Assembly: GCA_020444065.1 (NCBI GenBank)
Contig: JAHLLQ010000004.1
Span: 198,662-262,661 of the forward strand
Length of the DNA: 64,000 bases
DNA from: a bacterium
GTDB taxonomy: Bacteria > Sumerlaeota > Sumerlaeia > SLMS01 > JAHLLQ01
Direction of reading: 5' to 3'
Part shown: positions 57,041 to 64,000 of the stretch, piece by piece
Layout of the letters: each line of letters opens with the position of its first letter
How positions within the stretch are numbered: the first letter of the stretch is position 1
Position numbers and translations under genes: made by a program
Notes under the pieces: model-generated
Told to the model about the DNA's origin: nothing
Database searches by the model: none
What the model saw: the letters and a program-made list of their open reading frames with translations, nothing else

Positions 57041-60000
57041 TTAGTGGAACATCCACCCGCGCGGTGCCGGCGTGTCCGGATCTCCAGCCAGCACAAAGAT
57101 GCCGTAGTCGGTCATCGGCGCGCTGACTTCGCCGCGCTCTTCGATGTGATGCGATGTCAGGGCATCCCAACTCGAAGTGGTTTCATTCCACTTGAACAGC
57201 CCCAACGTTGATGGATCGACTCGATAGAGCGGATCGACGTACTCGGAGTACGTGATCATCACGCCCGTCTTGCCGGCGATGGGACTGTCGTCTGCACTGA
57301 CGATGCGATATGGGCCACGCACAACGTTCTTGCCGGCCGGCGCGGGGCGCGTCACCTCCGTAATGCTCAGGACCGTCCCGGAAGGAATGGCACCGGCCGT
57401 GCCGAAGATACGCAGTGGATCGCCCGACGCCCCCCAATGGATTTCGGCGCTGTCATCGTTGAACGGCACGAAGTGGAACGTGCTCATGATGTCCAACTGC
57501 TCGCCTTCCCAGTCGACCGTCTCCACGACGACGGATCCACTCGGCGCATCGGCATCCCACAGCGACGTCTCTGCCGTGTAGGCACTCTCCCCGGCGTTCC
57601 ATTCAAGATCGATCGTCTTCACCCAGCCGTCCAACTGCTCGGTGCGAATTGTTGCGCGGGGCGGTTCGCTCAGCTCTTCGCTCGACGTGAGGCTGACAAG
57701 CATGAGCGTTACCGTTGTGCCCGGCGACACATCAAGTGCCAGTTCCCGATCCGGCGTCAGCATGCGCTTCTTTGCCCGATCGGGTGCACCACGTGCGCTC
57801 TCCGTCAACGTGCGCGCCCCGTATCGATCATCCGGAAGATCGAAGTAATGCAGCACAGGCTCATCGGCCCCCTCGATCACTTCCAGGATCACGGCGCGGT
57901 CCGAGGGCCAAATATTGTGCAACGTCGTGTAGCCGTAATCATCGGTCGCCATCATGGAGAGCGATGAGCCGTCGGCGTGCTCAAGCAACACAGAGCGTTT
58001 GTCCCACGGCGTACTGTCCGCCTTCAGGAAGCGGAACGTGCCGCCGTAGCCGTAGTAACTCGGTGTGTCGAAGATGTAGACGCGGTCCCAGGCATCGCAC
58101 GGAAGCTCATCGGGCCCCGGCACATGGCCGCCTCGTTCCTCCGGGCGTGTCAGAAGCCAGCGCTGGTAATGCGTCGGCCGAAGGAAATCATTGAGGTTTT
58201 CCTTGATCGTCTCCCAGCACGGCTCGTTGCGATATCGCTCCTGCGCCGTCTCGTGATTGTGAGCATTACCAGTGCCGTCGTCGCAGAAATTGTACGCGGC
58301 GCCCTGGTTGTCCATCACGCAGGCCGAGAGCGGACCGTGAGCTGCAAAGGGAGATTCTTCATCGAGGCGTTGCAGCGTGCAGTTCGAATCGTCGCAGTAC
58401 CACAGATCGTCACTGTAGTGCGTGATGTATTCATCGTAGAGATTCAGCGCGTAGTGCCCCATCTCGTGGATGAAGGTACGATGGTCCGTGATGGCAGCGA
58501 ATTCCATGTTGTTCCAGGAGTACCGTGAATATAGCCCATTGATGTTGGCATTCGCTCGGTAGTTTCGGAAGTGAATGCGCCCATCGCCGCCATCGTCCCA
58601 GAACGACCGATTCTCGTACAACTCAACCAGCTCAAGGAACATCTGTCCGTCGCTGACGTTGTAGAAGTAATCGCTCGCCCGTTCGATCTGGTGGCGCATA
58701 TACTCCCAGTAGATGCCATCCGGATTCCAATCCGTTGCCATCACAAGATGGAAGCCGATCAGTGGATTGCGCCGTTCCAGCACCAGGTCCATCGGGCTGC
58801 CCATATCGCTGACGATGTGCCCTGTCATCTCGCCGTCATCGCCAATGGTGATGTTTGTCAAGTACACGTGGTATGCCCAAGGCGAACCGCCGAGTTCTTC
58901 ACGATCTCTCCGATCGGATTCTTTCGTGTAGACCTTGTAGAGCGCCGTAATGCGATCGCCGATATAGACATCGGGAACGCGAATGGCACCGGCGGCATTC
59001 GTTTCGCCCACGTAGTCGTCATTGTGATAGACCTTCGCGCCGGCGCGTGCTTCGAACGTCGGAGAATCGCCCAAATGCGGAATCTCGACTTCGATGTTCA
59101 CGCCGAGATCTCTCTCGAATCGAGTCGAGCGCCAACCCGTCATCGTTGAACTGTGTCCGACATTATCGTGGAACTGGGCGGCGATCTGGTATTCCGTGTT
59201 CACGTCTGGAGGAGTAAAGAAGACAGTCTGTTCCGGCGCGTGATCGTAGTAGATCCCATACTCCGTCCATTCCGTCATCCCGGCTTCGCGGAAGAAAAGC
59301 TGCCAGTAGTTCAAGCCGCTGCCGCGGTCGCCAATGTCGAAGACTTCCACACGGACGCGGCTTCCCGTGTCATCGTCCGGCGTGGCGTAGATCAGTCCAC
59401 CTGGTGGGAACACATCGACGCGCAGGGGATCGGAGTGCGCGATGTCCGACAGGTTCCCCGCTCGATCTACAGTGACGGCATGCAGGTACCACGGTTCCGT
59501 CCAGTCGTACCCTTCGGTTGTGTCGGAGAATCGGACGCCCTCGTAGTAAATTCCTGCGGACGGATCGGATGTCGGATTGTGCGTGATCAAGTAGCGCATC
59601 CCCACAGCGTCTGTGAAACCATCATCGCCACGCGTGATTGAGAAGGTGGTGTGCGCGTTTGCCCAGTCGGGCCAACTGACGTACCCATCCAGATGGAAGG
59701 TCGGGGGATCCGGCCGGTGCGTGTCGATGTAGAACGGCCCGTCTCGCAATGTCCCGACCGAGATATTGCCGGCGTTGTCGACGGCTCGCAGGTGGATGTA
59801 CCAGTCCGTCGCATCGGCAAGCTCTTCGGTCATTTGCAGACGCGCACCCATGCTGAATTCCGTCACGTCATCCGGCTCGGTGTCGGGATTCTGATCCACG
59901 ACCACGGAATAGCCTGCGATGCCGCTGTGCGCATCTTCGCTGGCCGGCCACGAGTACCGAATCTGATCGATCTTGCTCCACGGCCCCCAGGCATTCGGCT

Positions 60001-61483
60001 CATGCCGGAATGTGTACAGCAGCGATGGCAAGCCCGGCGGCTCCATATCGATTCGCACGGTGTACTCGGGACTGTGGCCAACGTTGCCGGCCGCATCTTC
60101 GATGTGGAATCGAATCCGATAGTTGCTACCGTTTGAATCGAAGGCTGCCACTGTTGTGGAAAGAAGTGCGTGGCTTTCGTCCGATGAGATGACTTCATCG
60201 ACGGGCGCAGTCGTGCTCCATGAGCCGCCGCTGTCGGTGGAGTACTCGAAGGTCGCTGTGCCCGTGGAAAGCTCGACGTTATCTTCCACCAGTACCGAGC
60301 AAGTTGGTGCTGTGTATGTCAGCCAACCGTCCGGTCTGAAGTCCGCCCATCCCGCGGGCGGTGCGCCGTCCTGGCTGTAGAAAAGGCGCACAACCTTCTC
60401 GTTTTCGATGGCAATCATATCAGGCCAGACATCGTTATCCAGGAACTCAAACGATGAGCGCGTAAACTTGTTTCCATCGCCGACCTTCACCGCCTCCTTG
60501 GGGGCGCCCCACTTCTCAACGTCCTCACCGCTCAGGATGAAGAGACTGTCATTGGTGGTTCCGAGAATATCGTAGTGCCCATCGCGGTCGTGATCCATGA
60601 CCGAGAGCCACTTGTAAACATAGCTCTTTTCGGAGTGAACGAGTTCCCACGGATCCGTTGCCCGATTCATCAGAATCAGCAACGTCCCATCCCCATCCAG
60701 AGCATACAGATCCATGTAGCTGTCCTTGTTGAAATCGAAGGACCAGCACATCGTGATTCCCAGGTCCTGAGGCAAGTTCTTGCGATCGACGATCCACGTT
60801 GGATCATCGTATCGAAAGAGAAAGAGGGCGCCGGTCGAATCCACGCACATGGCATCGTGGAAGCCGTCCTTCTCAAAGTCGCCGACGGCCAGCCACTTCA
60901 CAGACAGACCACTTGTGTCGCCCACCGTCCGATCCCAGCCGCCACCTCCGCCGCCCGGGACGAACTTGAAGATGTCTACGCCCTCCGCGCTCGGCGGAGA
61001 CGCAAACACCACGGGCATCGTATCGCCATTGATGTAGCCGAAATCCAGCGTCGAGTAATTCATCGCGGGCGACATGGGGTAGGACTTCAGCCAGCCGTTG
61101 TTCTCCCACTTGCAGAAGTGGATGCCTTCGGTGGTTTTGCTGAGGAAGAATGCCTCCTCGTGATCGTCCAGGTCGATGTCGCGCAGGAAGATGTTGGAGA
61201 AGGTCGGCCAACCCGGGATATCGGCCGTCGTCGCATCCGTCCATGTCGCGCCGCCATCGCCAACGAAGTACATGGCGCCGGCCCCGGTCCCTTCCGCCGC
61301 GAGCATCAGATCCGTATCATTGTCGTCATCGGGATCCGCGGCGTCGTAGCCCTGTCCGGAGAGCCCGTGCCCGGTCTGCTCCGTCCACGAGATCTGCGCA
61401 GTGACGGGCGCAATAAACAAGAATGCGGCGCAGCACAAGAGCGCCAGTCGACGGGAAACCCCCGTCAAAAAAGTCAATTCCAT
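57041..61483 (-). CDS. giant secreted zinc metalloprotease with N-terminal FG-GAP/VCBS-like beta-propeller repeats and Ig-like domains (possibly M6 / InhA-PrtV-like)
   Basis: Track ORF 1480 aa; signal peptide; FG-GAP-like repeats (VGDFEKDGFHDAMCVDSTGALFLF, FDFNKDSYMDLYALDGDGTLLIL, MDHDRDGHYDILGTTNDSLFIL); zinc-binding HEXXH in TFIHEMGHYALNLYDEY. Confidence 0.75.
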   Translation of the reverse strand: MELTFLTGVSRRLALLCCAAFLFIAPVTAQISWTEQTGHGLSGQGYDAADPDDDNDTDLMLAAEGTGAGAMYFVGDGGATWTDATTADIPGWPTFSNIFLRDIDLDDHEEAFFLSKTTEGIHFCKWENNGWLKSYPMSPAMNYSTLDFGYINGDTMPVVFASPPSAEGVDIFKFVPGGGGGGWDRTVGDTSGLSVKWLAVGDFEKDGFHDAMCVDSTGALFLFRYDDPTWIVDRKNLPQDLGITMCWSFDFNKDSYMDLYALDGDGTLLILMNRATDPWELVHSEKSYVYKWLSVMDHDRDGHYDILGTTNDSLFILSGEDVEKWGAPKEAVKVGDGNKFTRSSFEFLDNDVWPDMIAIENEKVVRLFYSQDGAPPAGWADFRPDGWLTYTAPTCSVLVEDNVELSTGTATFEYSTDSGGSWSTTAPVDEVISSDESHALLSTTVAAFDSNGSNYRIRFHIEDAAGNVGHSPEYTVRIDMEPPGLPSLLYTFRHEPNAWGPWSKIDQIRYSWPASEDAHSGIAGYSVVVDQNPDTEPDDVTEFSMGARLQMTEELADATDWYIHLRAVDNAGNISVGTLRDGPFYIDTHRPDPPTFHLDGYVSWPDWANAHTTFSITRGDDGFTDAVGMRYLITHNPTSDPSAGIYYEGVRFSDTTEGYDWTEPWYLHAVTVDRAGNLSDIAHSDPLRVDVFPPGGLIYATPDDDTGSRVRVEVFDIGDRGSGLNYWQLFFREAGMTEWTEYGIYYDHAPEQTVFFTPPDVNTEYQIAAQFHDNVGHSSTMTGWRSTRFERDLGVNIEVEIPHLGDSPTFEARAGAKVYHNDDYVGETNAAGAIRVPDVYIGDRITALYKVYTKESDRRDREELGGSPWAYHVYLTNITIGDDGEMTGHIVSDMGSPMDLVLERRNPLIGFHLVMATDWNPDGIYWEYMRHQIERASDYFYNVSDGQMFLELVELYENRSFWDDGGDGRIHFRNYRANANINGLYSRYSWNNMEFAAITDHRTFIHEMGHYALNLYDEYITHYSDDLWYCDDSNCTLQRLDEESPFAAHGPLSACVMDNQGAAYNFCDDGTGNAHNHETAQERYRNEPCWETIKENLNDFLRPTHYQRWLLTRPEERGGHVPGPDELPCDAWDRVYIFDTPSYYGYGGTFRFLKADSTPWDKRSVLLEHADGSSLSMMATDDYGYTTLHNIWPSDRAVILEVIEGADEPVLHYFDLPDDRYGARTLTESARGAPDRAKKRMLTPDRELALDVSPGTTVTLMLVSLTSSEELSEPPRATIRTEQLDGWVKTIDLEWNAGESAYTAETSLWDADAPSGSVVVETVDWEGEQLDIMSTFHFVPFNDDSAEIHWGASGDPLRIFGTAGAIPSGTVLSITEVTRPAPAGKNVVRGPYRIVSADDSPIAGKTGVMITYSEYVDPLYRVDPSTLGLFKWNETTSSWDALTSHHIEERGEVSAPMTDYGIFVLAGDPDTPAPRGWMFH

Positions 61484-61597
61484 GTCCTCAACCCTCCTGG
61501 ACAGACTTTTCGAGCTTGCTTTGATTTGTAGAAGGAAGTGTGTGGCGGAGGGACAGAAGTGTCAATCGAAGTGCCCCACGGATAGTGCAATCGAATA

Positions 61598-61621
61598 GGG
61601 GGGCGAGTCGCCTCGCCCCCC
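61598..61621 (-). terminator. putative intrinsic terminator downstream of accD
   Basis: 10-bp stem GGGGGGCGAG / CTCGCCCCCC with 4-nt loop, 5 nt after the accD stop; reverse-strand tail TATTCGATT is only weakly U-rich. Confidence 0.5.
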
Positions 61622-61626
61622 TGGAA

Positions 61627-62529
61627 TCAGCCTTCGGAGCCTTCCTCCGCCTCGTCGTCCGGCAGCGCTTCCATGTGCCGGATCTGGCGGAGAATCTGGA
61701 TCATCTTTCGTCGCATCTGTTTGCGCTCGATCACCATATCGACGAAGCCGTGTTCCTGAACGAACTCGGCCGTCTGGAAGTTCTTCGGCAGGGACTGGCG
61801 GATGGTCTGCTCAATCACGCGTCGGCCGGCGAAGCCCACGTAGGCGCCGGGCTCCGCGATGATCAGGTCGCCCAGCGAGGCGTAGCTTGCCATGACGCCC
61901 GCCGTCGACGGGTCGGCCAGAATCGAGATGTACGGAATCCCCTTTTCCTGCATGCGCTTGCAGAGAATCGACGTCTTCGCCATCTGCATCAGCGACAGGA
62001 TGCCTTCCTGCATGCGCGCGCCGCCGGTCGAGGCAACCGTGATACAGACCCGGTTTTCCTCGAGTGCCAGTTCCATCGCGCGCGCGACTTTCTCGCCGAC
62101 CACGCACCCCATCGAGCCGCCCATGAAGAAGAAGTCCATGATGCCCAGCGAAACCGGCACTTCGCCGATCGTCGCCCGGCCGGTCAGGATGGCGTCGTTC
62201 CGGCCCATCTTCTTGCGGGCCTGCTGGACACGATCCGTGTACTTCTTACTGTCCTCGAACCCGAGGGGATCGCCGGACGTCAGATTCGCGTTCGTCTCCT
62301 CGAAGGTGCCCGGATCGATCAGCAGATTAAGCCGCTCGTCGGCGGTCAGGCGTTCGTGCCGCCCGCAGCGCGGACACACCTTCCAATTCTCCGCCCAGTC
62401 CTTCTGTCGCATGATGAAGCCGCAGGACACATCCGGGCACTTGTGCCAGAGGTCCTTCGGAATGCGGTCGCGGCTGCGCGCCGGCGAGATGGTGATGAAC
62501 TCGGGAGTGGGACGACGGAACCAACTCAT
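61627..62529 (-). CDS. accD: acetyl-CoA carboxylase carboxyltransferase subunit beta
   Basis: Track ORF 300 aa; N-terminal Cys4 zinc finger (CPDVSC...CPRCG); carboxyltransferase pattern (GGSMG, GGARMQEG). Confidence 0.9.
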   Translation of the reverse strand: MSWFRRPTPEFITISPARSRDRIPKDLWHKCPDVSCGFIMRQKDWAENWKVCPRCGRHERLTADERLNLLIDPGTFEETNANLTSGDPLGFEDSKKYTDRVQQARKKMGRNDAILTGRATIGEVPVSLGIMDFFFMGGSMGCVVGEKVARAMELALEENRVCITVASTGGARMQEGILSLMQMAKTSILCKRMQEKGIPYISILADPSTAGVMASYASLGDLIIAEPGAYVGFAGRRVIEQTIRQSLPKNFQTAEFVQEHGFVDMVIERKQMRRKMIQILRQIRHMEALPDDEAEEGSEG

Positions 62530-62613
62530 GAGAGGTCTTTCCTGACGGGGTCGTTGTGCTGCCAGATTACGGGTTTCTCGTAGCGGAGAGACGGCAACGC
62601 CGTCAATCCTCTC

Positions 62614-63591
62614 TCACGGTCTCCACATGTACTGGAAGACCTCGGTCGAGGGGGCGCCGAAGGTGTCCAGATTCATATTGAAGAGGTTGAACTGCGTGCC
62701 GCCCGTCTCCGGGGCCTTCGACGAGGCATAGGCCGTCGAGACTTCTTCCCGACTGCTCCGCATGATCAGCACCACGTCCGGGTCCTTGCCGACATCCTTT
62801 TTTGCCATTTCAATGACTTCATCCAGGTAGGCGACGCCATCGATCAGGCCCTTGTCCAGCGCCTGCTTCGCCGTGTAAATGCGACCGTCGGCGGCCGCCA
62901 GCAGTTCGTCGTGGGTCAGGTTCGTGCGGTTCTTCTCGATCACGGCCAGGAACTGGCTGTACATGTCCTGGATCACGTCCGTGTAGAGCTCGCGCTCCGC
63001 GTCCGTCATGTGATCGTAGAATGCGCCGGCGTCCTTCATCTCGCCTGTGCGGATGGCGTTCATCTTCACCCCGGCCATGTCCATCAGTCCCTTGACCTCC
63101 GGGAACATCGCGATCACGCCGATCGAGCCGGTGATTGACGTCGGGTGGGCATAGATACGATCGCCAGCCATCGAGATATAGTACCCGCCGGAAGCCGCCA
63201 GGTTCTGCATCGAGACGTAAATCGGAATATCGCGCTCTTGCTTGAAGCGCATCAACTCGCGGTACATGATGTCGCTGGCCGTGACGCCCCCGCCCGGGGA
63301 ATCGACGCGCAGGATGATCGCTTTGACATGCTTGTCCTCGCGGGCCACGTCGAGCTTCTTCGTCAGGCTCACAACCGAGCTGTCGCTTCCGAAGAAGGAT
63401 TCCGAGGCGCCTCCGGATGTCAGCACGCCGGACACGTCGATGATCGCCACCTTGTCGCGTCCCTTACCTTCCTTGTACATGACCATCTGGTCGGTCGGCA
63501 TGGTGGGCAGGCTGATTGGAATGATCACGCAGCCCTGCAGCAGAAGGACAAACCCCAACAGAAGTCCCAGGAGCGGCGTTTTTCTCGTCAT
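62614..63591 (-). CDS. sppA: signal peptide peptidase SppA (S49 family, 36K type)
   Basis: Track ORF 62614..63885; preferred start ATG 63591..63589 behind RBS AGGAGAA (MTRKTPLLGLLLGFVLLLQGC); S49 pattern (ILRVDSPGGG, SGGYYIS). Confidence 0.85.
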   Translation of the reverse strand: MTRKTPLLGLLLGFVLLLQGCVIIPISLPTMPTDQMVMYKEGKGRDKVAIIDVSGVLTSGGASESFFGSDSSVVSLTKKLDVAREDKHVKAIILRVDSPGGGVTASDIMYRELMRFKQERDIPIYVSMQNLAASGGYYISMAGDRIYAHPTSITGSIGVIAMFPEVKGLMDMAGVKMNAIRTGEMKDAGAFYDHMTDAERELYTDVIQDMYSQFLAVIEKNRTNLTHDELLAAADGRIYTAKQALDKGLIDGVAYLDEVIEMAKKDVGKDPDVVLIMRSSREEVSTAYASSKAPETGGTQFNLFNMNLDTFGAPSTEVFQYMWRP

Positions 63592-63719
63592 GATCTGAAT
63601 TCTCCTATCGAAACGGCATCGTCTTGACTCAAGGTCTGCCCAGCAGGTCACGCCGGCCGCACAATCCGCAACCACAGAGTGCAAAGGGCGGCCAGTTGCC
63701 AAACTCCGGGGGCGTATCA

Positions 63720-64000
63720 GTGGAATTCGAGCTGCACAAATTCGAAGGCGCAGGAAACGACTTCGTGATCCTCGACGATCGGGAGGATCGCTTTCCCGCG
63801 GGGGAAGAGGGACGCCGCCTGATCCAGTTACTCTGCGACCGGCGTCGCGGCATCGGCGCCGATGGATTGATGCTCCTTCAGCCATCTCCCGAGGACGGGC
63901 TCGACTTCCGCATGCGGTACTACAATGCCGATGGGGGAGAGGCCGAAATGTGCGGCAACGGGGCGCGCTGCCTGGCTCGTTTTGCCCACCAGGTCGGCGC
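63720..64000 (+). CDS. dapF: diaminopimelate epimerase, partial (N-terminal part; continues beyond window end)
   Basis: Hand translation from GTG 63720: VEFELHKFEGAGNDFVILDD...RMRYYNADGGEAEMCGNGARCLARF, matching the DapF N-terminus including the catalytic Cys in CGNGARC. Confidence 0.8.
   Translation, partial: MEFELHKFEGAGNDFVILDDREDRFPAGEEGRRLIQLLCDRRRGIGADGLMLLQPSPEDGLDFRMRYYNADGGEAEMCGNGARCLARFAHQVG

Noticed and set aside
1-64000. tRNA, rRNA, transposase, integrase, phage or toxin-antitoxin genes
   Set aside because: No T-loop-like GGTTCGAATCC motifs or rRNA-like regions noticed in intergenic DNA, and no ORF with transposase or integrase character; the hand search is not exhaustive.

Overview
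GC-rich bacterial chromosomal window (about 60-65% GC by eye, not computed), densely coding on both strands. It is mostly a housekeeping neighbourhood around dnaA: prfB (partial), thrC, cysS, cmk, gltX, rpmB, accD, sppA, obg, hldE, deoC, PBP1A, dapF (partial). Interspersed are accessory-looking loci: (i) a secreted multi-domain nuclease (endonuclease I + lamin-tail domain + three tandem PPC modules) behind an AT-rich promoter island; (ii) a GH13 alpha-amylase behind a second AT-rich island sharing short motifs with the first; (iii) a 1508-aa gingipain-like (clan CD / C25-like) cysteine protease with CARDB-like repeats, followed 2 nt later by a lipoprotein; (iv) a 1480-aa FG-GAP / HEXXH zinc metalloprotease; (v) a four-gene ABC ATPase / ABC-2 permease / GldG-like / DUF4340-like operon with overlapping stop-start junctions; (vi) an 85-aa stand-alone LacI-type HTH protein with its own terminator, near a perfect 14-bp palindrome; (vii) a deoC-hldE-obg-TPR lipoprotein operon in which DeoC carries an 82-aa N-terminal extension with an amphipathic-helix-plus-linker look. 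The prfB gene shows the classical programmed +1 frameshift site (AGGAGG-TTT-CTT-TGA-C). No rRNA, tRNA, CRISPR array, transposase or integrase was recognised. All functional calls rest on motif recognition from memory and the supplied six-frame ORF track; no database search was run. Hairpin and motif coordinates were counted by hand and may be off by a few nt.
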